A stretch of 64,000 bases of DNA, from NCBI RefSeq assembly GCF_016432865.1, contig NC_067398.1, positions 341,992,001 to 342,056,000 on the forward strand, in the 5' to 3' direction. Source of the stretch: Antechinus flavipes. Its lineage: Eukaryota. Within the stretch, counting starts at the first letter, position 1. Each line of letters opens with the position of its first letter. Position numbers and translations under genes: made by a program. Below the pieces are notes generated by a model. The model did not search any database, was not told where the DNA came from, and was given only the letters and a program-made list of their open reading frames with translations. Positions 11,229 to 24,000 of this stretch are shown here, one piece after another.

Positions 11229-13400
11229 TTTTTTTTTTTTTAATTTTTTTTTGTTTTTAAAGTATTAAAAATTTAAATAGAAAATAGAAAAAGAAAAAAG
11301 AAAACGCAAAAACATTGTCATGTGCATAGTTATGAAAATTCAAAATATGTAACAACACTTTCCATTTTAAGAAAGCATATATAATAGAAGACATTATATT
11401 CAAAACTGCCCATCTTTTCTGTTTCTAAGTAGTTTTCTTGTTTTCTGCTATGTATTTTTTATTCTCTCCCCCACCCCCTACATCCCCCCAAGCAGGCTAG
11501 AGTTAAACATGGATATATTTATGAATAAGTTTTATACACATACATTTAAAACTATTAATATGGCTGACTCATAGATTTTTCTTTCGATTAAATTTTTTTT
11601 AACTGAGATTAATGATTACCATCCCTACTTTTTTTTCCTAATTCCACTCTTGTCATTGTTACTATTTGTGTATATCTCATTTCCTACTCTTGTTAACTCT
11701 TCTATTTTACTTCTACTCTCTAGCTTGCCTTGCTATTTATTACTTAACCTCCTGCCCATCTGAGGATCTCTCTTATCCTCTCTCCCCACCTTTTTATCTT
11801 TTACATTAGTTTGGATACCTTATTCTACTCCAGTACTCTATACAACTTCTGTACATCTCATTCCCTTCCCTAATTTTTAAAAATAGATCTGTGTTGTACC
11901 TTTCTAGGTATATATAATATATTGTTACCTTTTTAAATTATCCCTTATGTGAGTAGGATTTCAGAACTACCAGTCCCCCTCCCCCATCTAATTCCTTTTT
12001 GTTGATTCCTGTTCTTATATCTCATTCATATAGTATAATTATTCTTTGCCTTTTTCTACATTTTTGCTTTTTAGAGTCACATCATACTCATCTCCAGTCC
12101 AGTCTTTTTTTTTTTTTTGAATACCTAATTGCTAATAGACAATCTTAGATATGATTTATCTTTCCATATATAAAACATAAAAAAGTTTGTCTTCATTGAG
12201 CCCCTTGAAATTAATCTTTGATGTTGGCTCTTACATATGATTTATACTTAATTTTGCTGGAAATATTTTCGGCACAACCCTAGCTCTTTTGATTACTGAC
12301 CAAAATTCCAGGACTTGTGTTCTTTTATTGTAGCCATTGCTAAAATCTGTGTAATCCTTATTGTAGTTCCAATTGTTGGATTATCTGTTGGTTTTGCTTA
12401 TAAAACTTCTGGGGGTGGTGGTGGTTGAAATTTAGCAGTGATCCCCTCTTGTTCTAGCACATCAGGATAATTTTCTCTTATTTCATGTATTATTATATCA
12501 AGATTCTTTTTTTTTGTCATAGCTTTTCCAGTTCTTTATTTTCTCTTCTTGATTTGTATTTCTTTTGAGATGTCTCACATGTCTCATTCTTTTCTATTTT
12601 TCATTCTGTGTATTTTATTACTTCTAGGTCTCCTTAACTTCACTGAATTTCTTGTCCAATTTTAATTTTCAAAGAATCATTTTCTTCTTTTAGACGGCAT
12701 CTCCTTTTCCTAGTTTTCTTTTCATAAACTTGCTTTTTTTGAATTGTTATTTTCTTAGATTTTTTTCTCAATCTCATTTGATTTTTAAAATCTTTTTTGA
12801 GTTCTTCTGTAAATTCTTTCTGGGCAGATAAATATTTAACATTACTCTTTGGAATAGTGGTTTTTTATGTCAACATCCTAAGATGAACCTTGGTCTTCCC
12901 TATTGCGTATTACCACTTTTTATAGTTATTTTTTTAAGAGCCCTTTTAATGGAGTAGGGATGGGGTCCTTCAGTTCTCCCCTCTGGCCTGGAGCCCCAAA
13001 CCAAGAATTCCACCTTCCTCTAAGTGGTCACAGCCAGCATTCTCTGCCCCACTGGGAATGTGCTGGTTCCATCATCTCAGCAGCACGATTTGGCATCTTC
13101 TGGGACTCAGACTCACAGTACTCATGCTGTCTGGGAGATTTAAGTTTCTCTTCAGCCAGCCCCAGGGATCTCCCCTTGCTGTTTCAGCAGAGTTAGCCTG
13201 AAGGTGTAAACACTTCACTCTGGCCAAACCTCTGTCCTGGCATTTTCAGATCTTCTCCAATTATCCTGGGAGGATCACCATTCTGCCCCAACTCTTGTTT
13301 TTCACTGGTTTCTTTTACAATTTTGTTTTGTCTGGTGGAGAAATCTAGAGAGCTTGGAATTTTCTGATCTGTCCTCTCTCCAGAATCCCCTTCCAAACCC
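11229..13400 (-). mobile_element. L1-family element, possibly HAL1 (5'UTR + ORF1 remnant + 3'UTR, no ORF2 seen)
   Basis: Poly-T at 11229; L1-like 5'UTR at about 12900-13400 (tcagaaaattccaagctctctagattt); about 2.2 kb with no recognisable RT. Confidence 0.55.
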
Positions 13401-13549
13401 TGCTTCTTAAAACTCTTGTTCACAACTTGTTAACAATGTGAGGGTCATGATTTTTAAATCAGTAAATGCTTGATTTGTATACCTATATGCCTAAGAATAT
13501 GAGATAAGTTCTCAGTTGAAGAGGGGTGGTAAGTGGAAAATTTAAGCAG

Positions 13550-13653
13550 CCCTGTGTTAGAAAATGCTAGTTCCAGTGTCCTCAGGGAGGCTTTGGGATC
13601 CCTAGATTGTGAGCGTGTCATAGAGCCCCAGCTGCAGTCTCACCTAGAAGAGA
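13550..13653 (+). pseudogene. EME2: EME2 exon 2 remnant
   Basis: PVLENASSSVLREALGSLDCERVIEPQ vs human AILEDAGADVLMEALEALGCECRIEPQ (15/27 identical); then a frameshift and S-L-T-TAG-K-R (TAG 13645-13647) where human has SLRWTR. Confidence 0.85.
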
Positions 13654-14691
13654 TGTGTGCACAGTGCTTTTCCTATACCTCAGAACCCCAAAGCAGGAGA
13701 TGCCCCGTCTCCTCCCTCAGCAACACTCCTGTTTGTACCATGCCGTCTGTCCCAAGTGTGGTCTAGTTCTAGCAGTACTTCCAGGCAATTTCAGCTCTTC
13801 TGGAAGTTGCTGGCTCGGATAGCCTAATGACAGCTCTAGAGTCAGTCCTATTGACAACCTGAGGTTGTGGGCTTTGGTCTGACCATACAGTAGTATTGTC
13901 TTCACTGACTCTGCTACTGCATAGTTGGTTGCAAAAGCTCAGGAAGTCCTTGATAATTCCGAAATCAGCTTTTCAAAAGCCTCATCTCACTGGCACAGAT
14001 GCCAGAGAGGAGGAAGTCAGGGCTACTTCCTGGCAGTCTTTATTCCGAATACTAAATTGTTTCCCAACCATGTCCTGTTCTTCCTCCCCTCCTTCCCCGC
14101 CCATACATCTAAAGTTGAAAAGTCAGAACCAGATCAGACTGAAAAAGAAAGGGATTAGACTATCTAATGTCCAAGTCTCTCCAGCTATACACTGGTGGTT
14201 TTTACCCATTCACCCTCTGTTGCTCAGCAATCTCTTTTTAACTGAATTATCTCCTACTACTGTCATTCTGGCACCTAATCCTCCTTTGGGGAATAACTAC
14301 TCTTTTTTTCTGGAGCAAAGAAGGAAGTCTCAGGCTAGAATGAAAAAAAGGGAGAGGGGCTGGACCTGCAATACAATTTTAGCAGCAAGGCAAGTCTGGA
14401 GAGCAGACATTAAACTGGACAGGATCCTGAAGAGTTGGAGAAAGGAATTATTGGCATCATATTCTAGGAGCTTTGGGGTGAAAAGGAGAGGTGGGTGGTG
14501 TAAGCCTTATGCATGCCACATTACTTTATGAGTAAGAAAAGAGTTCTCAAGTTCATCAACAAACACTACTGACTTTATTGAAGGCAAAGTTTGAAGAAAA
14601 AATAAGACTCGACACAAAGCAAGACCCCAGTTTCCTCATTGCCCTTTCTCATGAGGGTTCTACCACACTAGCTCCTTTCTTTTGGCGGCAG

Positions 14692-14770
14692 GGTCATTTC
14701 ACTGCTGACTGTTCCTTGGATTGTACCTGAGAATGCTGCTGGTTACTCACTACCACCTGGATTATCAGTG
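14692..14770 (+). pseudogene. EME2: EME2 exon 4 remnant
   Basis: CAG acceptor, then 19 nt (human 21, so a frameshift) before VPWIVPENAAGYSLPPGL vs VPWISPETTARPHLAVIGL; ends TG|GTAG; 79 nt vs about 92. Confidence 0.75.
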
Positions 14771-14991
14771 GTAGTTCCTTGCTTTGCTCTGTTCCAGGGG
14801 CCTTAAGGGATGCAAAGAAAAGCCATCATTCAACAGTGTGCTTAGTGAGATGGGACTTTCCTCAAGTCTCCTTCAGTGTTAGCCATCCCAGACTACCCAA
14901 GGCCACAAAGGAAACTACACCAAGATAGCAGTTTTCTGTGGGTGAGGAGAGGAAAAATGAATGAACCAAAAAGACAAAAGTTTTTGCTCAG

Positions 14992-15064
14992 GCTCTTCCA
15001 ATCTGATGCCAAGGGAGTTCAGCAGGAGTCAGATGGAGTAATATCCAGCTCAAAGGTGGCAGAG
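14992..15064 (+). pseudogene. EME2: EME2 exon 5 remnant
   Basis: TTTTTGCTCAG|G then LFQSDAKGVQQ...ISSSKVAE vs SRQHVSRGTQQ...VSWPEVEE; donor position reads AT rather than GT. Confidence 0.6.
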
Positions 15065-15309
15065 ATGAACACCCTGCTACTAAAGACTAGGGAGGTTGAT
15101 TTCTGGCCCTAAGCAGCTTTGAGGGCCTTTTTTCTGAGGAACTGCCCTAGTGCTGGGGCAGGAAGGGCACAAGAGATGCTGAACATTACTATTTGCAATT
15201 GCAATCATCTGTGATCCTTTAAGTTGCTTTCTAAATCATGTTAGATTAGTAGGGTACTGCCTCCTTCTAAACTGTACTTTTTGTCCCTTTATCTCCTCCT
15301 CCTTCACAA

Positions 15310-15398
15310 ACCTTGGTGCTATTACAACTGCACTCACAGCAGGAGCTAAGCCAGCATGTGTGTGCAATTACAAAGGCCATTGCCCATGGTCAGTACAA
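15310..15398 (+). pseudogene. EME2: EME2 exon 6 remnant
   Basis: TLVLLQLHSQQELSQHVCAITKAIAHGQYK vs ALVLLQLWANLDVLLVASWQELSRHVCAVTKALAQYPLK; 27-nt deletion; acceptor reads AA rather than AG; phase-2 donor AA|GT kept. Confidence 0.88.
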
Positions 15399-16263
15399 GT
15401 GCTTCAAGCCCTGGCCAAGGTAGGCTTAGGAGAGATCACTGCCAATCTTTTAGAATAACAGTTGTACTAGCACACATTTAATCAGAAATTTTGTATTCTA
15501 AGCATTCAGTTCTCAGTTCCAGCCTTGATTTCATTACTCACTGTCTAGCCGAGGAAACTTCTATTCATGTATACTTTCATCTATACAATGAGTAGTAAAG
15601 ATTCCAATCTCATCTATAAAATGACAATTCATAACAAACGGATCTCCAAAGTGTGTCCCTTCTGGCTTGACATCCACAACCCTATGAGTCAGATCATCTT
15701 AAAAATACAAGATTCGGTGTTCTGTGCTTCCCCCTTGGGGATGTAAGTTCTCCAACATCATCCCTTGGTCTGCCTTACTAAATGGGCTGCCTCTTTTTAG
15801 GAGCAATGACAATGCCAATTCAAATCGAGGCCTATCAGGCTCTCTACTAGGAGCCAGGCCAGAGGAAGTAAGTCAAGGTAAACTTAAGTAGAATGGAAAC
15901 CAGGAGCAAGGATGCACAGGCTTGCTGAGCAGGGCACTCAAGGAAAGACAGTGGTCACAGAAACATGGGCTGCTGATCAAGTCTTCTAACACAGACAGGA
16001 CTAAGACTTTTTGCAATCCCCTACCTACAAGTAATCAGGGCCAAACACTTTATCATCTGGCTCAGTTGTCATACTAGCCCTTTAGCTTTCACCCTGTTCA
16101 GCTTCCACAACCCTGTGAGTCAGATCATCTTACATCCCCTCCCCTTATACCCTCCAACCCCAGACCAAGAGGGTTCAAAAGCTGTTATCAGATTACTGGA
16201 TAAGGGGGAAGGACAGGAGGTGTGGGAATTACCAACTTGTACACGATCATCGGGCACCCTTAG

Positions 16264-16437
16264 GCATATGCACCTCGCACAACAGAGCAGGAAGGCCTGT
16301 CTCTGCTCAGTGACACTGCAGTAAAGAAAGATGATCTGATTCAGGTCTGAAGAGTCATCCCAGATTTATCTCTTTGAGTTTCCCATTTTGTGGAATCTTC
16401 ACTTTTTGTGTGAATTGATTTATGGCAAAACCCATAA
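16264..16437 (+). pseudogene. EME2: EME2 last exon remnant
   Basis: TAG|GCA acceptor; gap-free alignment to ALEACSTERERMGLLADLPV...RRVGPDLSRRI with TGA at 16348-16350 and 16375-16377 (both Arg positions in human) and a third TGA at 16411-16413. Confidence 0.88.
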
Positions 16438-17761
16438 AGGTTAAAAAAAAAAATCCTCTCCCTCCATTTCCCAGCTTTTCAGGAGTGTTTGTTAGTACAG
16501 CAATTGCCTTTTTCTGGATGCTTTCCTGCCCAGGCAGAATAACAAAGACATGGGAAATGAGGGTAAGATTTTTTGCAGCAGAAATTATGGGTGGCCAGAA
16601 ACATGGAATGGGGCAACAAAGCAAGAGATGTAATTAAGGAACAAAGTGGGAAATATCAGAAAGCTGAATAAGGCGAGAGCTAAAGGGCTAGTATGACAAC
16701 TGAGCCAGATGATATAAATTGATGGCTATTCTGTTGAGCCAAGATTTTTTTTTCTTCTTCAATGAAGAGGTTCACTAAAGTTTAGAATTTTACCATTCCA
16801 GCCTAGATAGGATGCAGTTACAATTTTAATAAGCAGGGGATTAGAGTGCCTGGCAACTCACATCATCTTAGCAAGATTCTATGAACCTTAAGGCCCCTTA
16901 GCTCTCCAGAGGCACAAGGCCAAAATTCTGCTATTGATTCTGCCACCAAAAATCACTTCCTTCAAGACTTAAGTTTTCTGATTAGTAAAAAAGGGCTAAT
17001 TCCCTACCCCAAGTGCATCACAACAGTACTCAGACCACCCCTCACATATCACATATCCACCCAACTCCTAAATATGGGCCCATTTACTTTTATGGCATCT
17101 GTAATTCAATATAAACTATTTTGACTTTATTACAGTGATTTGATACAGTCTCTGATACAGGAGCAGAAAAGAAGCTGACAACATGCAAAAGCAGGTGTTT
17201 TTTTTTTTTGTTTTTTTTTTTTAAATTCTAGATCCTAGTTCTGAAGCCCCAAGGGGTGAGGAGGGAACACAATATTTATTAATCAGGCTTTTCTCCTTGC
17301 CCCTCTCAGCTGGACATTTGAGAATAACTGAGGCTAGGCTGCAGCATTATCCTCCCCCTCCCCTGAGGCAGGAGTGATTGGAGTGATCATATGCTGTCCC
17401 CTGATGGAGGCAGTAGCACTGCAATCTCCACCACCCTACAGAGGACCTGGAGTGACCCTTGGGCTAAGTCCAGAATAAGGGCTCAGGGAGCCTTACTGTT
17501 ATCATCTGTTTCCAAGCTGATGCTCTTGGGTTCACGGCACAGTCTTCCAGTCCAGGTGAGGAGCAGGTGCTGTGTCCTTAAACTAGTTCCTGAATGAGGG
17601 GAGTATCTTGGCAAATTCAAACCAGTGGAGCTGTCCCCAAGGAAGGGGATGGGCAACCTCCCCTCCCAACCTTCCCTCTTGTCCCAAAAGTGTGTGGAGG
17701 AAAGGGAAAAGAAAGAGAAGCCACCCCAAGCCCAACAAGGCAGTTTTCATTGGAAAATAAG

Positions 17762-18096
17762 TTAAGTCCGTCGACACCTCTTCCTTTGACATGGCTTGGC
17801 CTCTGGGCTCCCCGAGCATGCTGCCGTCTTGGGCGACTGTGACGGTAGGGGGCTACAGTTCATGCTCAGGACCCAGCCCAGTTTGTTGTGCAGCACCTGC
17901 TTGAGGCCAGGAGGTAAAGGCAATCCTTCCAGTGTGTCTCCAGAATCAGGCAACAGTTGACGAAGACGGTAGCAACACAGATACTGCAGGGAAGTGAGGC
18001 TGGCACAAGAACGAATCACCTTCATGCTGCTCTTGGCGGCAGTGGAGCAAACCATGGGGTAGAATTTCTTGTTCTGCAGTTTGGTGGCGGCAACTC
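17762..18096 (-). CDS. SPSB3: SPSB3 last coding exon (SOCS box)
   Basis: [21 protein letters not shown]...CRRT*; AATAAA (minus strand) at 17275-17280. Confidence 0.95.
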
Positions 18097-21000
18097 CTGG
18101 CAGGAGACATGAGGTGAGTGAAAGGGAAATCACTGGCCTCTCTCCTCTATTTGGGGGGCACAGCCCAGGGTACCTAGACCTAATCTACGCTGCCCGGGAC
18201 AAGACAGACCAGGATCCGAGCGTCTGAGAGGATGGAGACCAAAGACTGGGAGAGTCACTTACAAAGGGCCTCCCCTTTCTTTCCCTAGGGAAGAACTACC
18301 CAAAGCAAGCACAGATCCACGGATTCTGGACTCCTCTGATTTAGTCATGCTCTTTCTAAGGGCTCCAGAGGCAACAGCATGTTCTCCCTAGATGCCTTGA
18401 AGTCATCCACATGTAAAAGACATTCCATGTTGTAACTTGAAGCTTCAGCTCCCACCCTTACCTATGCATTTCCTGTTTTTGAAGAAGGTCAGTGTCCCAT
18501 GCCAAGTGTCTAGGTGAACCCCGATGATGGAACCCTGGCCAAACCGTGAGGAGAAGCTCATCTTGTCACCCTTGTGATGGAGAAGTCCTGAAACGGCAGT
18601 CCCAAAGGGAAAACTAGATTTGGTGGATCTCATTTCTAATTCCAGGGCTCCATTTCTAGTCTAATTCCCCTTTCCTAGTCCTACCTTTTGAATGCTACAG
18701 AGATACAGCATGATCTTTCCTACAATTTTTGATCCTTTCTCCCCACACCCTATCCCAATCTGCCCACCCAGAGCTTTCAGTCACCTGTAGGCATAAACCC
18801 TCCCAACCCATCTTCTAATAAGATTTTCACCTCCCCGAGTCTTAGCAACAAGCACCTTTTTCTTTTGTTCTCATCAGTCCTCATATGCTCACCTGTGTAG
18901 GAGAGGCCCCAGCTGTCTTCATCCTTGCCCAGCAAGCTGCAGAATGTATGGCGGTACTTATCCAGATTTACATCTGATGTCCCAATACCAACCATCTACC
19001 AGAAACAGTGGGGAGAAGGGAAGGAGAACACTAAGCCATGGGAGAGGTGTCCTGTAGTCAGCACCCGTGTTCTACAGCAGTATCCCCCACATTCCCCTAA
19101 TATACCATATCGGTGCCGTAGACTGGGGAAGTCATCTTAATTTCCCAAAAATGCTGGCCTTCACATAGTTCCTTGTTCCCTCGTATGGCTGCTGTGCCAC
19201 AGCTATATTCCATGTGGAAATTGACTTTGCGGTTGTCACAACTTAGCAGAGTGGCCGTCGATTTGTTCAGATCATCCCATACCCAATCAAAATCTGTATT
19301 GGAGGAAAAAGAGTCTATCTTGGGGACAAGCAAGAGGAACTGACCCTACAACATACCCAAGGCCAAATCTAACATCTTTCTTTATTGACACCATCTGCTG
19401 ATGTGACTGATGCTAACAGGGTAAGAAAAAGGCCCAGTAAAACAGCAAAACAGGATCACGTTCATTGCTGAATGAGAGAACCACTTGGGAGGTCCAATCC
19501 AGAGACATTCACCGCCCCCTCCCCCCCTCCCCCAAGTTTCTTTGACCTCAACTAGCTACATACAGCAGATCCTGGTCAGGTAAAGAGATACATCCTGCTT
19601 TGCTACTGATGTATCCTCACAACTACTCTTCATTTTCTAGACTTATTCTCAATCCGGGAAAAAAAATAAAGGACAAACTATGGCCACAAAAATTCTTAAC
19701 CTCAGTTCCATGTTCTCTTTTGGGTACTGAACCCCAAGGGTATACTTACTCTGCTCTCCATTAAGAGGCAGTTGTTATAATTTCCTTTCATAAAGCAAAC
19801 TGCCCCCGCATTTTCTTACAGCTGTCCAACGAGGGGAAAAAAACAAGTGAAAGACTACTACAGGATCAGCCAGTTCCCAAATTCCATTGGCCTGGGAACC
19901 AAATGCAGGCAATATTAAGCCAACTACCACCTGAGTCCAGGCAGGCTGGCTCTGACGCCCTTAGAAACAGCCAAGAGCCCCAAGAAAATCATTGCTAACA
20001 GCTAATTAGCTTTGGCTATTGGCTATTGTGGGTCCCCGTAGGAAATCCGGAGGCCCCTTACAGTCATCTTCCTCGCCACACTGGCAGTCCCTGGTTCGAT
20101 GGCTGGTATGGAGGCTGGCACAGTACGGAGTTTCACTTTGGCTCTCACAGTCGCAGTAGGATTCCCCAGTCACAGGCACAGCACTCGGGATGGAGGGTGG
20201 CAGGGAAGGGAACTCTGCCTCTGAGTCTGAGTCACTGTGCTGTCAAACAGAAAGCCAAGGGCAGGTCAGGGTATCAGCCTGTCCAAAACTTAGGCATAGT
20301 GGTGGCCCACGGGCTAAGGCATAGGAAAAGGCGCAGAAAAGACAACAAAGCCATGACCAGGGTTCCTTCCTACCCTTCTAACTGGTTAAGAGGTCTCTGT
20401 GGTAGAGTAGATAGCTTGGGGAACATGCTCCCAGCACCATCTTCTGTGCTAAGTTAGGAGAGCAGAGAACATCATACTTCCTCTCTCCTGGAGAAGAATC
20501 TTGGAATACCTGGCCTAAGACTGTCCCACATAGGTAACATACACCACTTGGAAAAAAACAAGTTACCTGCTTCACTCTCCTGAGTGCCTATGCTTTTCAA
20601 TGTACAGAGATTCCCTGTCGGTTTGCCCTATCTTTAACGTCCACCTCCTAAGAGTTTATTTGAAAAGGTGAGTTATTATATCATCATAAATATTACTAAA
20701 CAAGCTCTATGACATTACATTTTCACACAGGCTTTAAGTTGCTGAATTACCCTCCAAACCAAGCAACTTCCAGCTTTTACTTTATGGAAATTTGACTGGG
20801 ACGAGTGCAAAGTAAGCAACACGTTTTTAATAAAGAACTTCCCTGGGACTGAGGATCCTCAAGAAATCAGAGGTTTACACTAGGGCTTTCACAATCCATG
20901 GATAGCTTCTGAACATTCAGAAACATAGTACTTATTGCAAAGATGCCATAAGGAATTTCAGGCAGCATTTATTAAGTAATCATTACCGATAGCATGAGCT

Positions 21001-24000
21001 ACCTGTCCACTTCTGGAAAATGCTGAGGATTCCTCTCGTCACAAGTGTATTATTATCAATGGTTGCAGAATCAAGAGTGTCTGATGATCAAAAATTCCAT
21101 GGCTAGAAATCCTAGGAGTCAATCCCATGACTCATCAAAACTGAGTTACTACCTGCTTATCCTTCAACGTCAAGGCCAATGCAAGTGAATAGTTCTTATA
21201 AGTGAGCAAAGCCATACCGTTCCAGCCACAGCATCAACTTCTTGCTGGTAGTCCAATGTAAGTCCCTATATTTAAGGATCAGGATGTTAATTTGAGGGAG
21301 GAGAGTTACAAGGGGAAATCTAGGTCTTATAGAACATAGAGGGTGTGCTAAGGAGATAGGAAACCTACAGCTGAACCACTAGCCACAAATGATGAACATC
21401 AGGAATACACACTAACCACATAGAGCCATGTTGAACCTAATGGTGGAGTAAAAGTTAATAGTCAAAAGCAAGCGACCAAGTCTGGAAATTATTATCAGGA
21501 CTAATCACAGCAGTCTGGTAGTCAGAGTTCTTGTGAGAGCCTCACAAGTCTTTATCTGATTCTAAGTCACTGAAACCTATCCCATCAGATTTAACTAGCT
21601 GTCACATCCTACAAAGCTAAAGGTTTTATAGAGAATTATCCTTTGCAAACCCAACCTATCAAAGTGTGGAAAGACTCAGCTTCAGGATTAAGGGAACAAA
21701 GTGATATATATGTTTAATCATAGCTATTCATAAAGCCACAGTATAGATGGTAGTATAGTCTGCATCACTGTAGTACAGTGAAGATTTAGAGATTTGGGAT
21801 TACTAGTCTGTGAAAGGCCACAGAAGAGTAAGAACTTCCCTCAGCCAGAATTTCCTTATCTCCAGCACTCACCTAACCGATCAACATTTATTTTTCTCCT
21901 TTAGAAAGCTCTATTCTAAACTTAGCCCTTGGAGTTCTAATGGCTCTATCATCCAGATGCCTTACAGAGATTTATTATCTAATCTTGGCACTTGACCACC
22001 TGCATAGAAAGGAGGTGGCTGTAGACTCTGAAAGGCCACCCTGATGGAGCTCTCAAAATCCACGAAAGTGGAAATAATCCAGACAACATGTGACTCTGGC
22101 CAACAAATTTATCTCACCCCGTTTTGTTACAAATAAGGAAAGAAGCTGCTTATCAAGAGGTAAATTTAATGCAAAATTAGTCCCTTTTCCCAAAAGTGCC
22201 ATCAGAAAAATATGCTCAGATATTTTATTCAAATGTCTTCCTATGGTTTTCTTCCTGATATTTACAGCTCATATTTATGTTATATGAGGACAAAAAAGAG
22301 ATTGTCTCCACCTTAAAGGATGGAGAAAGTGAGGCTCTTAAAGACTGAATGTTAAAAGTTGTGCTTAAGTCGTTCACATGGCTAGTAAATGAGGAGCCAC
22401 AATTCTTCTCTATCCTAATATAGGCCAGTTGAAGCTGATGTCTGTGTTCGTCTCTATTATTATAAAAGAATGAGCACCACAATTGTGATTTGGTAGTTTT
22501 TCAAAATCTTATGAATGCCTGTTTTTTTCTGTCACACTAACCCAAATAAGCCCTGACACACCCACTAAGAACTTCTACACTTGTCATTCCTTCTGACAAA
22601 AAATGTGAGACAAAAATTGAATTCATCAAATATAATCAACCCCTCAAATTGTACTTGACAACATGCAATAGTGACAATATCTAAAGGGGCCTGGTTAGAG
22701 ATCTAGGGATACCTACCTAGGAGAACAGACTTAGTAGAGAAATGATGGCTCTATTTTAAAGGGCTAGTATATGAAAGAAGGAATTGACTAGACCTGAAGG
22801 CATAATAACAAAGGGCAATTTTAAGTTGTAAATCAACAGGCCTTTATAAAGTGCCTACTCTTTGCCAGGAACTGGGGATTCAAAGATGGGAATAGGAGAT
22901 GGAATAGGAGAAAATAGGCAAATAATTAGGGAATACACAAGCCAGAAGATAAAACAGAGTTAATCTTTGAGAGAAGGCCCTAGGTGGTATAGCAGAAAGA
23001 GCCCTGGATCTATTTTCAAGAGCTAAATTTAAAGACATTTACTTACAAGCTGTGGGATCCTAGGAAAGTAATTTAACCTGCCTTGGTTTCTGTCAATGTA
23101 AAACAGAAATAAGCTCCCAAGAGATCAAATAATATAATAGTTGAAAGATGCTTCAGACATCTTATTTTTTATCCAACTGAATTCATTTTGGAATCCTTTC
23201 TTTACACCACCACATCCCAACATCCAGATACTAGTGTGACTAAAATCAGCCTCAAAGATATACAGACCTACTCTTTCCCTAGAACCTAGAGGTCCACTGC
23301 CTTTGCAAGGATTTCTGTTCTTGACTATTTAGAACAAGGCCCTCAATCTCTTTTTTGCAGCGATGGGGTCTATACATATGTAGGGAACACTGTGTGTATA
23401 CAGGCACTGTTAAGACAACTTAATGTGATTAGATTTCCTGAATTGTGGGTTTATTTATTTGTTTTTTAAAGGGGATGACTCACTGGAATAGAAACTAGGT
23501 ATTTAAACTTCCTTACTGGAGAGAAATTAAAGATCTTTAAAAGAGGTCTTTTAGGCCTGTGCCAACTGTTTAAATGTATTTAGGTTTCTAAAATACTGGA
23601 GAGAGGCATTTTCAGAGTCACCCAGTCCAATTCTAACATCTAGTAAAATAATGTGCTAATCTGCAATTTATCAAGATCCCCCACAAGGGCTGAATCCTAA
23701 AGAGAAGGGCTAGGTCCTAGACGAGCATATTCAGACTAGGTTCTTGGAGATTCTCCAAGATAGAAGGGAGGGACCCTATGTTTTGCATAAGGTACTGAAG
23801 GCAAGGTGCAAAAGGAATGTAAACCATTAGATGACAGGTAAAAACAGCATGGTAAATGTATGTGCTAACAACTGCAACAAATATTATAAATTTCTAAGCC
23901 AAACACTGTCAACAAATATAACCCGCACTCCCCTGATGCAACACTAGATAATGAGTCTCATTTCCTATGATGAAACATACAGGAATGAATTCTCAAGGTC

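Larger units (their letters stand above)
7527..16437 (+). pseudogene. EME2: EME2 unitary pseudogene (essential meiotic structure-specific endonuclease subunit 2), decayed exons in syntenic position
   Basis: Colinear remnants: ex2 VLENASSSVLREALGSLDCERVIEPQ (13554-13631), ex4 VPWIVPENAAG (14711-14743), ex5 (14992-15064), ex6 LVLLQL..QELSQHVCAITKAIA (15310-15398), ex8 AYAPRTTEQEGLSLLSD..*RVIPDLSL* (16264-16437); stops, frameshifts and lost splice sites throughout. Confidence 0.88.

Noticed and set aside
14384-14470. Possible EME2 exon 3 (QVWRA..DPEELEKGII)
   Set aside because: Weak similarity, wrong acceptor phase, and it competes with another weak candidate at about 13858
13896-14531. 211-aa plus-strand ORF inside the EME2 pseudogene
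   Set aside because: No ATG start and no recognisable domain; one ORF of this length is plausible by chance in 64 kb
20950-21700. Coding-looking purine-rich stretch in an SPSB3 intron
   Set aside because: Stops in all frames examined and no recognisable protein
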